Part shown: piece by piece, positions 44,306 to 52,982 of the stretch
Position numbering within the stretch: the stretch's first letter is position 1
Layout of the letters: every line of letters begins with the position of its first letter
Assembly: GCA_964350265.1 (NCBI GenBank)
Contig: CAYGJZ010000002.1
Span: forward strand, 41,007 to 105,006
Source: an uncultured Gammaproteobacteria bacterium
GTDB taxonomy: Bacteria; Pseudomonadota; Gammaproteobacteria; Arenicellales; CAJQKF01
Reading direction: 5' to 3'
Length of the DNA: 64,000 bases
Translations under genes and position numbers: made by a program
The notes under the pieces: generated by a model
Databases searched by the model: none
The model's input: only the letters and a program-made list of their open reading frames with translations
What the model was told of the DNA's origin: nothing

Positions 44306-44965
44306 TCAGTCGACCAGCAGGTTGCCCTTGACCCGGGACAGGTGGTGCACGATGGCTTGTCTTGCCTGCTCCGCATCGCGTGCACAGAAGGCTTCGACGA
44401 TGCGCTCGTGGTCGGCCTGGTAGGCGCGGCGACGGTCGTCGGTGAGCCCGCGGCGACGCAGTGCGCCCCATTCGTCGGAGCGGCGGATGCGATGCATGCC
44501 CTCGACGATGCCGATCAGGTACTGGTTCTTGCTGGCGCGGGCAATGGCACGGTGAAAGCGGTTGTCCCACTGTTCGAACTCGGCCATGGAACGGGCCTCG
44601 CCACCGCGCATTACCAGCGTGCGTATGGCATCGAGCTCGGCGATGGAGGCGCGTGCGACGACCAGCCGAGCCAGCAGCGGTTCGATCAGCAGGCGGGCTT
44701 CCATCATCTCCTCCGGGTTGACCACGCTGACGTCGACGCCGGTGCGGGCATCGGCGGTGAGGTTGTCGGCGACGAAGGTGCCGCGGCCGACATGACGCAC
44801 GATCAGCCCGCGGCTCTCCAGGTTCCCGAGCACCCGCCGCACGGTGTTTCGACCGACGCCGTAGCGTTGCGCGAGCTCTCGTTCGGTGGGCAGCCGGGCG
44901 CCGGATTGCCAGTCCCCGGAGTCCAGTTTCTCCTGCAGTGCGTGTAGTAGTAGCTCTGCGCTCAT
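44306..44965 (-). CDS. GntR-family regulator, FadR/FCD subfamily
   Basis: The wHTH reads LPTERELAQRYGVGRNTVRRVLGNLESRGLI. The FCD domain reads FHRAIARASKNQYL. The start is ATG 44965 (MSAELLL). Confidence 0.85.
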   Translation of the reverse strand: MSAELLLHALQEKLDSGDWQSGARLPTERELAQRYGVGRNTVRRVLGNLESRGLIVRHVGRGTFVADNLTADARTGVDVSVVNPEEMMEARLLIEPLLARLVVARASIAELDAIRTLVMRGGEARSMAEFEQWDNRFHRAIARASKNQYLIGIVEGMHRIRRSDEWGALRRRGLTDDRRRAYQADHERIVEAFCARDAEQARQAIVHHLSRVKGNLLVD

Positions 44966-45001
44966 GGTATCTTCGTGGTCCCCTGTGGAATGAATTGAGC
45001 A

Positions 45002-45020
45002 GAACCAATGCGGAACCAAT
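45002..45020. promoter_or_regulatory. Direct repeat GAACCAAT-N3-GAACCAAT in the gntR / acyl-CoA synthetase divergent region
   Basis: Two exact 8-mers are spaced 11 bp start to start. The half-site is the same as at 44206-44249. Confidence 0.5.
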
Positions 45021-45039
45021 ATACCAAAGCTGCGCGACC

Positions 45040-46752
45040 ATGGGTAGGGTCAGTTCATCGCCTTGCGGACGCCACGGGTGGACGCCGGTGAGCGGGCCCG
45101 TGGATCCGTCCGCGTCGCAGCGCGTGGCCCTGTTCGAAACCGACCTGCCGCGCCGCGCCGCCAACCACGCCGCGCTGACGCCGCTGTCCTTTCTTCGTCG
45201 CTCGGCCGCGGTCTACCCGGACAAGGTCGCGGTCATCCACGGCCCGTTGCAGTACCGCTACGACGAACTGTACCGCCGCTGCCGCGCACTGGCCTCGGCG
45301 CTGTCTCGCGCCGGCGTACGTCCGGGGGAGGCGGTGTCGGTGCTGGCCCCCAACGTGCCGCCGTTGCTGGAAGCCCACTACGGCGTGGCCATGGCCGGCG
45401 CCATTCTCAACGCCATCAACACCCGGCTCGACGCGGCCTCCATCGGCTTCATCCTGGAACATGCGAAGACCCGGGTGTTGATCGTCGACGCCGCGTGGTC
45501 GCAGGTGGCTGCCGAGGCGATCACGGCAAGCGGCGCCTCGCCGACGGTGGTGGTCTACCACGATCCCACCGCGGCGGACGAGGCCGGGCAGCCCGGCGCG
45601 CTCGATGGCGAGGACTACGAGGCGTTTCTTGCCGGCGGCGATCCGGACTGTGCCTGGCAGGGGCCGGACGACGAGTGGCAGGCGATCAGCCTGAACTACA
45701 CCTCCGGCACCACCGGCAATCCCAAGGGCGTGGTCTACAGCCACCGCGGCGCCTGCCTGAACGCCCTGGGCAACGTGATGACCTTCGGCCTGGATGCGCG
45801 CTCGGTCTACCTGTGGACGCTGCCCATGTTCCACTGCAACGGCTGGACCTACACCTGGGCGGTGACCGCCGCCGGTGGTACCCACGTCTGCCTGCGCCGG
45901 GTGGAGCGCGACGCGGTGCTGGACAGCATCCGCGCCCACCGGGTGTCGCACATGTGCGGCGCGCCGATCATTCTCAACATGCTGGCCCGCGGCGAAGGTG
46001 ACAGCGAACCGTTGCCGCACACGGTGGAAGTCGCCACCGGCGGGGCGGCGCCGCCGACCACGGTGATCCGCGCCCTCGAGCAGCAGGGCTTTCGCGTCAC
46101 CCACCTCTACGGCCTGACCGAGAGCTACGGTCCGGCCACGGTCTGCGTGTGGCAGCCGGCCTGGGACGACCTCGACCTGGCCGAGCGCGGCGTGCACATG
46201 GCGCGGCAGGGCGTCAGCCATGTCACCGCCGACGAGGCCATCGTCGCCGATCCGCAAAGCGGTGTCGCGGTGCCCCGGGACGGAGTCACCATGGGCGAGA
46301 TCCTGCTGCGTGGCAATACCGTGATGAAGGGCTACCTGAAGAATCCCGAGGCCACCGACGAGGCCCTGCGCGACGGCTGGTTCCGTACCGGCGACCTGGC
46401 GGTGTGGCACGCCGACGGCTACATCGAGATCAAGGACCGTTCCAAGGACATCATCATTTCCGGCGGTGAGAACATCTCCAGCCTGGAGGTGGAGGAAGTG
46501 CTCTACGCCCACCCCGCGGTGCTGGAGGCGGCGGTGGTGGCACGGCCGGACGAGAAGTGGGGGGAGACACCCTGTGCCTTCGTCACCCTGCGCGCGGGGG
46601 CCGAGGTCGACGACGCCGGCATCATCGCCTGGTGCCGCGAACGCATGGCCCACTTCAAGGCACCGAAGACGGTGATCTTCGGTGAGCTGCCGAAGACCTC
46701 CACGGGCAAGATCCAGAAACACGTGCTGCGGGAACGGGCGGCGGCATGCTGA
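45040..46752 (+). CDS. AMP-dependent acyl-CoA synthetase (LvaE-like position)
   Basis: Characteristic blocks are YTSGTTGNPKGV, LPMFHCNGW, YGLTESYG, GWFRTGD and KTSTGKIQK. The start is uncertain (ATG 45040 or GTG 45124). Confidence 0.9.
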   Translation: MGRVSSSPCGRHGWTPVSGPVDPSASQRVALFETDLPRRAANHAALTPLSFLRRSAAVYPDKVAVIHGPLQYRYDELYRRCRALASALSRAGVRPGEAVSVLAPNVPPLLEAHYGVAMAGAILNAINTRLDAASIGFILEHAKTRVLIVDAAWSQVAAEAITASGASPTVVVYHDPTAADEAGQPGALDGEDYEAFLAGGDPDCAWQGPDDEWQAISLNYTSGTTGNPKGVVYSHRGACLNALGNVMTFGLDARSVYLWTLPMFHCNGWTYTWAVTAAGGTHVCLRRVERDAVLDSIRAHRVSHMCGAPIILNMLARGEGDSEPLPHTVEVATGGAAPPTTVIRALEQQGFRVTHLYGLTESYGPATVCVWQPAWDDLDLAERGVHMARQGVSHVTADEAIVADPQSGVAVPRDGVTMGEILLRGNTVMKGYLKNPEATDEALRDGWFRTGDLAVWHADGYIEIKDRSKDIIISGGENISSLEVEEVLYAHPAVLEAAVVARPDEKWGETPCAFVTLRAGAEVDDAGIIAWCRERMAHFKAPKTVIFGELPKTSTGKIQKHVLRERAAAC

Positions 46753-46772
46753 GCAGCGGCGGGAGCACGCAG

Positions 46773-47540
46773 ATGGCCAACGGCTTCGACATCCACGGCC
46801 GGCACGTGCTGGTCACCGGCGCCTCCAGCGGTCTTGGCCGCTACTTCGCGCGCATGCTGGCCGCCGACGGTGCCCTGGTGACCCTGGCGGCGCGGCGCGA
46901 AGCCGCCTTGCAGGCGGTGGTGGACGAGATCGTCGCCGATGGTGGCGAGGCACGCTCGGTGGTCATGGACGTGACCAGCGAGGCGTCGGTGCAGGCAGCC
47001 TTCGCCGCCGCCGAGGTCGATGGTCGACCGCCGTCCATCGTCATCAACAACGCCGGCGTGGCGCGGACCAACCGGGCGCTGGAGACCAGCGCCGAGGAGT
47101 TCGACGGCGTGCTCGACACCAACCTGCGCGGTGCCTTCCTGGTGGCGCGCGAGGCGGCCGCGCGGATGGTCGCGGCGGACATCGGCGGCAGCATCGTCAA
47201 CATCGCATCCATTCTCGGTCTCGGCGTGGCCGGCGCGGTGATGCCCTACGCGGTGTCCAAGGCGGGCCTGGTGCACATGACCCGTTCGCTGGCGCTGGAA
47301 TGGGCCCGGCACGGCATCCGCGTCAATGCCCTGGCGCCGGGCTACGTCGAGACCGACCTGAACGCGGACTTCCTCGCCTCCGAGGCCGGAGGCGCGCTGC
47401 GCAAGCGCATACCCATGCGACGCTTCGGCCGGCTCGAGGAGCTGGCCGGGCCGTTGCGACTGCTGGTTTCCGACGCCGGCGCCTACATGACCGGCAGCGT
47501 GGTGACCGTGGATGGCGGTCACCTGGTCGCCTCGCTGTAG
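46773..47540 (+). CDS. Classical SDR oxidoreductase (LvaD-like position)
   Basis: Characteristic blocks are VTGASSGLG, NNAG, NIASILG and the canonical dyad YAVSK. The start is ATG 46773, 7 nt after GGGAG. The ORF-track start is 46746. Confidence 0.85.
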   Translation: MANGFDIHGRHVLVTGASSGLGRYFARMLAADGALVTLAARREAALQAVVDEIVADGGEARSVVMDVTSEASVQAAFAAAEVDGRPPSIVINNAGVARTNRALETSAEEFDGVLDTNLRGAFLVAREAAARMVAADIGGSIVNIASILGLGVAGAVMPYAVSKAGLVHMTRSLALEWARHGIRVNALAPGYVETDLNADFLASEAGGALRKRIPMRRFGRLEELAGPLRLLVSDAGAYMTGSVVTVDGGHLVASL

Positions 47541-47572
47541 ACGGCGTCGCCCACCCTTCACGGAGTACCCCG

Positions 47573-48772
47573 ATGGATTTTTCACTGCCCCCCCGGCTGG
47601 AATCGTTGCGCGGCGATGTTCGCGCCTTTGTCGACCAGCACATCCTGCCGCTGGAAGCCGACCCGGGCAATTACGACGAACACGAGAACATTGCCGCCGA
47701 CGTGCTCGATCGCGTGCGTGGCGAGGTCAAGGCAGCCGGCCTGTGGGCGCCGCAGTTGCCGCGGGAAGACGGCGGTCTCGGCCTCGACACCTTGTCCATG
47801 GCCGTGCTGTACGAGGAGATGGGGCGTTCCATCTTCGGCCCGGTGTGCTTCAACTGCGCGGCGCCGGACGACGGCAACATGATCCTGCTCTCGCGGGTGG
47901 CGAGCGAGGCGCAGAAGGCGCGCTGGCTGGCACCCATTGCCGACGGCCGGGTGCGCTCCGCCTTCGCCATGACCGAGCCCATGCCCGGTTCCGGCTCCGA
48001 CCCCTCGGCGATGCTGACCCGGGCCACCCGGGTTGGTGACGGCTGGCGCATCGACGGCCACAAGTGGTTCATCACCGGGGCCGGGGTGGCCAGCCACTTC
48101 ATCCTTCTTGCGCGCACCTCGGATGATCCACGCAAGGGACTGACTGCCTTCCTGTTCGACCGCGAACAGCCGGGCTGGGAAGTGGTGCGGCGCATTCCGA
48201 TCATGGGGCCGGAAGAACATGGCGGGCACTGCGAGCTGCGTTTCGACGGTCTGGAAGTATCGGACGAGAACGTGCTGATGAACGTCGGCGATGGCCTCAA
48301 GGTCACCCAGATCCGTCTCGGCACCGCGCGCCTGACCCACTGCATGCGCTGGCTGGGCATGGCCAAGCGGGCGCTGGAAATCGCCGGCGACTACGTGCGT
48401 GAACGACGCAGTTTCGGCATGACGCTGGCCGAGCACGAGGGCGTGCAGTGGATGCTGGGCGAGGCGGCGATGGAGATCGAGACCGGACGGCTGCTTACCG
48501 CCAAGGCCGCCTGCATGCTGGATCGCGGCGACTTCGCCAAGCGCGAGGTGTCGATGGCCAAGGTGCAGGTGTCCGAAACCCTGCACAAGGCCATCGATAC
48601 CGCCATCCAGCTGTGCGGTGCGCGTGGCTATTCCCGTGACACGCCGCTGGAATGGATGTACCGCTATGCCCGCCAGGCCCGCCTGGTGGATGGCGCCTCG
48701 GAGGTGCACAAGATGGTGCTGGCGCAGACCTTCCTCGCCGAGGGCAACGACTTCTGGAGGTGGACCCCTTGA
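47573..48772 (+). CDS. Acyl-CoA dehydrogenase family protein (LvaC-like position)
   Basis: The ACAD N/M/C domain pattern is present (SAFAMTEP, GHKWFITGA, RSFG, ARGYSRDTPLEWMYRYAR...DGASEVH). Confidence 0.9.
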   Translation: MDFSLPPRLESLRGDVRAFVDQHILPLEADPGNYDEHENIAADVLDRVRGEVKAAGLWAPQLPREDGGLGLDTLSMAVLYEEMGRSIFGPVCFNCAAPDDGNMILLSRVASEAQKARWLAPIADGRVRSAFAMTEPMPGSGSDPSAMLTRATRVGDGWRIDGHKWFITGAGVASHFILLARTSDDPRKGLTAFLFDREQPGWEVVRRIPIMGPEEHGGHCELRFDGLEVSDENVLMNVGDGLKVTQIRLGTARLTHCMRWLGMAKRALEIAGDYVRERRSFGMTLAEHEGVQWMLGEAAMEIETGRLLTAKAACMLDRGDFAKREVSMAKVQVSETLHKAIDTAIQLCGARGYSRDTPLEWMYRYARQARLVDGASEVHKMVLAQTFLAEGNDFWRWTP

Positions 48773-49785
48773 GCGAAGCGCAGTACGACGCCCTGGCCGA
48801 CTGGCTGCGCGGTGCCAGCGGGGCACGCGCGGCGACGGTGCATGAAGGTCGCCGCCTCGGTGGCGGTGCCATCCAGGACAACCGCGCGCTCACCGTCGAG
48901 TTCGACGGTGGCGACCTGCCGGGGCGCCAGTCGCTGGTGCTGCGGCGTTCCAATCCCGGCACCGTGGAAGCCAGCCATGACCGCGCCACCGAGTTCGCCC
49001 TGCTGACCGCGGCCCATGCCGCCGGGGTCAGCGTGCCCGAGCCGCTGTACCTGTGCGAGGACGAGTCGGTGTTCGACGGCGCCTTCTTCGTCATGCGCCA
49101 GGTGCCCGGCACCGGTCTCGGGCCGAAGGTGGTCAAGGACACCTCCCTCGGCGGCGACCGCGATCGCCTGGCCGTGGTGCTGGCAGAAGAATTGGCGCGC
49201 ATCCACGGCATCACCCCGGCGGACGGCACGCTGTCGATGCTGGCGCCACCCCCCGACGACCCGGCGCTGGCCCTGGTGGGCTGCTACCGCCGCTGGCTGG
49301 ACGAGCTGCAGGCCCGGCGGCCGGTGCTGGAGTGGGCCATTGACTGGCTGACCCGCCATGCACCGTCGCCAACGGACGTGGTGCTGTGCCACCGCGACTT
49401 CCGCACCGGCAACTACATGGTGGACGAGTCGGGCCTGACGGCGGTGCTGGACTGGGAGTTCGCCGGCTGGGGTGATCCGATGGAGGACCTCGGCTGGTTC
49501 ATGAGTCGCTTCTGGCGCTTCGGCGCCGACCATCTCGCCGCCGGCGGCATTGCCGACGGCAAGGTCTTCATCGATGCCTATGCCCGTGCCGCGAAGCGCA
49601 CGGTGGACCCCGAACGGCTGCGCTACTACGAGGTCATGGCCAACCTGCGCTGGGCGGTGATCGCGTTGCAGCAATGCCATCGCTTCGTGTCCGGCGCCGA
49701 GGCCGGCCTGGAACTGGCACTGATCGGTCGACGGGTACCGGAGATGGAAATGGAAATACTGGAGCTGACGGAGGCAAGGCCATGA
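48769..49785 (+). CDS. APH-type phosphotransferase (LvaA-like position)
   Basis: The kinase catalytic loop is LCHRDFRTGNYMV and the DxE block is VLDWEFAGWGDP. The start is TTG and overlaps the ACAD stop by 4 nt. Confidence 0.85.
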   Translation: MSEAQYDALADWLRGASGARAATVHEGRRLGGGAIQDNRALTVEFDGGDLPGRQSLVLRRSNPGTVEASHDRATEFALLTAAHAAGVSVPEPLYLCEDESVFDGAFFVMRQVPGTGLGPKVVKDTSLGGDRDRLAVVLAEELARIHGITPADGTLSMLAPPPDDPALALVGCYRRWLDELQARRPVLEWAIDWLTRHAPSPTDVVLCHRDFRTGNYMVDESGLTAVLDWEFAGWGDPMEDLGWFMSRFWRFGADHLAAGGIADGKVFIDAYARAAKRTVDPERLRYYEVMANLRWAVIALQQCHRFVSGAEAGLELALIGRRVPEMEMEILELTEARP

Positions 49786-50156
49786 AGCTTGCGCCGGACA
49801 TTCTTGCCCTGCTGGAAGCCACCCGCACCACGCTGGTGGAGCGGGTTGCCCCGGCCCTGCGTGGCGGTGAACGCTACGAGGCGCTGCTGGCCGCCAACGC
49901 CCTGGCCACCGCGGTGCGCGAGCTGGCGGTGGATGCCGAAGACGACGAGCGGGAGCGCGACAACATTCTCTCATTGCTCGGCGGGAGCACCGGGGAGGGC
50001 AGTCTCGACGATGCCAGCCGCGCACTGGCCGAAGCCATCCGTGCCGGTGCCTTCGCCGAGCCGGCCCGGGCCAGGGCGCTGCACGCCTTGCTGCGCGCAT
50101 CCACCGCCCGCCTGCTGGCGCAGACCAACCCGGTGGTGGCCGCCAAGTACCGCTGA
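49782..50156 (+). CDS. Small helical protein (~124 aa) in the LvaB-like position
   Basis: An ATGA overlap joins it to the phosphotransferase stop. The composition is Ala/Leu/Arg-rich and helical. I cannot name a family with confidence. Confidence 0.55.
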   Translation: MKLAPDILALLEATRTTLVERVAPALRGGERYEALLAANALATAVRELAVDAEDDERERDNILSLLGGSTGEGSLDDASRALAEAIRAGAFAEPARARALHALLRASTARLLAQTNPVVAAKYR

Positions 50157-50177
50157 CCGGCAATCGCCGGCCAGCGG
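50150..50177. terminator. Hairpin between convergent lva-like operon and dienelactone hydrolase gene
   Basis: The arms are CCGCTGACCGGC and GCCGGCCAGCGG (12 bp, one mismatch) with loop aatc. The left arm includes the stop codon. Confidence 0.4.
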
Positions 50178-50184
50178 CGCCGGC

Positions 50185-51072
50185 TCAGGCGAGCTTCTCG
50201 CCGAAGAAGGCCACGGTGCGTTCCCACGCCAGCTTCGCCGCGTCCTCGTTGTAGCGCGGCGTGGAGTTGTTGTGGAAGCCGTGGCGGGTGCCCGGGTAGA
50301 GGTGGTGCTGGTATTCCTTGCCGTGTTCCTTGAGTGCGGCCTCGAAGTCCGGCCACATGGCATTGATGCGCGGATCGTCCTCGGCGGCCTGGATCATCAG
50401 CGGGGCCTGGATCTTCGCCACCTGGTCGGCGGCCGGCGCGGCGCCGTAGAAGGGCACGCCCGCGGCCAGGTCCCCGCCCATCTCCACCGCCAGGAAGTTG
50501 GTGGTGCCGCCGCCCCAGCAGAATCCCACCGAGCCGAGCTTGCCGCTGGACAGGGCATGGGACTGGACCAGCCGGGCGCTGTTCAGCATGTCCTGCTTCA
50601 GCTTGTCCTGGTCGAGGCCTTTCTGCAGCTCGCGACCATCGTCGTCGTTGCCCGGGTAGCCACCCACCGGGGCGAGGCCGTCCGGTGCCAGTGCCAGGAA
50701 GCCCTCCACAGCGAAGCGGCGGGCGACGTCCTCGATGTAGGGGTTCAGGCCGCGATTCTCGTGGATGACGATCACCGCGGGGAACGGGCCGTCGCCGCTG
50801 GGCTGCACCAGGTAGCCACGCATTTCGCCGCTGCTGCCGCCGGGAGAGTCGTAGTCGATGTAGGTGGCCTTGATGCGCTCGTCGGTGAACGAGACCATCT
50901 GCGCCTCGGCATAGCGTGGCAGCATGGCCTGGGCAAGGGCCAGCCCGGTGGCACCGGCCACCGACAGCGCGCTGGCGCGGGAGAGGAACATGCGTCGGTC
51001 GATGAAACCGTGGCAGTACTCGTCGTACAACTCGTAGACCTTGCGTTCGAGGTCCTGGTGGGTCGTCGTCAT
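50185..51072 (-). CDS. Dienelactone hydrolase family protein with Tat-like signal
   Basis: The twin-arginine region reads IDRRMFLSRASALSVAGATGLALAQA. The DLH blocks are VIVIHENRGL and GSVGFCWGG. Confidence 0.85.
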   Translation of the reverse strand: MTTTHQDLERKVYELYDEYCHGFIDRRMFLSRASALSVAGATGLALAQAMLPRYAEAQMVSFTDERIKATYIDYDSPGGSSGEMRGYLVQPSGDGPFPAVIVIHENRGLNPYIEDVARRFAVEGFLALAPDGLAPVGGYPGNDDDGRELQKGLDQDKLKQDMLNSARLVQSHALSSGKLGSVGFCWGGGTTNFLAVEMGGDLAAGVPFYGAAPAADQVAKIQAPLMIQAAEDDPRINAMWPDFEAALKEHGKEYQHHLYPGTRHGFHNNSTPRYNEDAAKLAWERTVAFFGEKLA

Positions 51073-51171
51073 CGGGTCTCCTCCTCGTCGTCGTGTGCGG
51101 AAAAGGGAAGGGGCACTATAGCGAGAAACCGCGGTCGACTCGTTGCGCCGCGGCCAAGTCTCACCAAACTT

Positions 51172-51963
51172 TCATGAAGCCGCGCCACTGCCCCGGTAGA
51201 CCGGCGCGCACAGGGCCTGGCCGTCGGCCAGCGTCTCGATGCGCACCGAAACCCCGTAGACCTCGCGCAGCAGGGCCGGCGTCAGGGTGGAGCGCGGTTC
51301 GCCGTCGGCCACCAGCCGGCCGTCATGCATCACCAGCACGCGGCTGGCACAGGCCAGTGCATGACCCGGGTCATGGGTGGACAGGAGCAGGCCGGGGCCG
51401 CGCCTGGCCAAGGCCACGACCTGTTCCAGTACCTGTACCTGGTTGCCGAAGTCCAGGCTGGCAGTGGGTTCATCCATGACGATCAGCGACGTGTCCTGGG
51501 CCAGCGCCCGTGCCACCAGTGCCAGTTGCCGCTGCCCGCCGCTGATGCGGGTATAGTCCCGCGCGGCCAGCGAGGCGATACCGAGCTGGGCCAGCGCCTC
51601 GCGGGCACGCCGGAGGTCCTCGTTGGCCGGGGCGCGGAACAGTCCGCGATGGGCGGTACGTCCCATCAGCACCATCTCCTCGACGCTGTAGGGAAACACC
51701 GCGTCGTGTGCCTGCGGCACGTAGGCGATGCGCCGCGCAATCGCGCGGCGGGACAGGCGGGCCAGCGGCTGGCCGTCCAGGCTCACCGAGCCGCGCCGTG
51801 CCGGCAGCAGGCCGAGCAGGGTCTTGAACAAGGTGGTCTTGCCGCAGCCGTTGGCGCCGAGCAGGGCGACCACTTCCCCCGGACCCACCGCGAGCGTCAC
51901 CGCGCTGCCCACCGCCCGGCCACGGTAGCCGTAGGCGAGGTCGTCGGCGCGCAGTATGCTCAC
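51172..51963 (-). CDS. ABC ATP-binding protein, FecE/BtuD/HmuV-type
   Basis: Walker A is GANGCGKTT, the signature is ISGGQRQLALVA and Walker B is IVMDEP. Confidence 0.9.
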   Translation of the reverse strand: MSILRADDLAYGYRGRAVGSAVTLAVGPGEVVALLGANGCGKTTLFKTLLGLLPARRGSVSLDGQPLARLSRRAIARRIAYVPQAHDAVFPYSVEEMVLMGRTAHRGLFRAPANEDLRRAREALAQLGIASLAARDYTRISGGQRQLALVARALAQDTSLIVMDEPTASLDFGNQVQVLEQVVALARRGPGLLLSTHDPGHALACASRVLVMHDGRLVADGEPRSTLTPALLREVYGVSVRIETLADGQALCAPVYRGSGAAS

Positions 51964-52982
51964 CAGCTTCGCTGGCGGGTGGCCAGCAGGTAGAGAAAGA
52001 CCGGCGCGCCGAGAAAGGCGGTGAGCACGCCCAAGGGCGTTTCGGTGGCAGCCAGGCTGCGCGCCAGCGTGTCCACCGCCACCAGGTAGGTGGCGCCAAG
52101 CAGCATGGCGGTCGGCAACAGGCGGTTGAAGTCGGGGCCGACCAGCAGCCGCGCGATGTGCGGGATGACCAGGCCCACCCAGCCGATCACCCCGGCGATG
52201 GCCACCACGCTGGCGGTCATCAGGGTGGCCGCGGCCACCAGCACCAGCCGAAGGCGGCGCGGGTCGACGCCCAGCGCGGCGGCCTCCTCGTCCCCCAGCG
52301 ACAGCAGGTTGACCCGCCAGCGCAGCAGCACCAGCGGCACCAGGCCGACAAGCACCGCCGGTGCGGTGGCGACGATGTCCTCCGCGCGGATGGCGGCGAG
52401 GCTGCCGAGCAGCCAGAAGGTCATGGCCGGAAGCTGGTCATAGGGGTCGGCGAGGATCTTCAGCAGCGAGATACAGGCACCGGCCAACGCACCGACCACC
52501 ACCCCGGCCAGTACCAGCACCAGCGTGGGTTCATGGTGCCGCACCGCGCTGGCCACCAGGTAGACCAGGCCCACCGTGGCCAGGCCGCCGGCGAAGGCGA
52601 GTCCCTGGATCAGCACCACCGGCAGGGCGAGGAAGATGCCGAGCACGGCGCCGAGGCCGGCGCCGGCGGAAACACCGAGGATGTCCGGGGAGACCAGCGG
52701 GTTGCGGAACAGGCCCTGGAAGACGGCACCGGCGGCGGCCAGCGCGGCGCCGCTCAACAGTGCCGCGGCGACCCGTGGCAGGCGCACCGAGAGCAGCACC
52801 GTGTCCGCGGCGCCCTGGCCGGCTTCGCCGCGCAGCCAGCGACCCAGCACCGCGGCCAGTTGCTCGAGGCCGAGGGGGAAGGGACCGCTCAGCAGCGCGT
52901 GGCCGAGCGTTGCCACCAATGCCAGCGCCAGCAGCGCCGGCGCCGTCCGGGGACCTACTCGCCGGGTTGCCGGTTCGCCCAC
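51960..52982 (-). CDS. ABC permease, FecCD/BtuC family
   Basis: Characteristic blocks are RLPRVAAALLSGAALAAAGAVFQGLFRNPLVSPDILGVSAGA and GVIGWVGLVIPHIARLL. I chose GTG 52982 as the start. It overlaps the upstream gene by 28 nt. Confidence 0.8.
   Translation of the reverse strand: MGEPATRRVGPRTAPALLALALVATLGHALLSGPFPLGLEQLAAVLGRWLRGEAGQGAADTVLLSVRLPRVAAALLSGAALAAAGAVFQGLFRNPLVSPDILGVSAGAGLGAVLGIFLALPVVLIQGLAFAGGLATVGLVYLVASAVRHHEPTLVLVLAGVVVGALAGACISLLKILADPYDQLPAMTFWLLGSLAAIRAEDIVATAPAVLVGLVPLVLLRWRVNLLSLGDEEAAALGVDPRRLRLVLVAAATLMTASVVAIAGVIGWVGLVIPHIARLLVGPDFNRLLPTAMLLGATYLVAVDTLARSLAATETPLGVLTAFLGAPVFLYLLATRQRSW

Noticed and set aside
42209-44947. 912-aa plus-strand ORF, the longest in the track.
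   Set aside because: It lies antisense to the GGT-like and GntR genes, both of which have strong family signatures. Its product is low-complexity.
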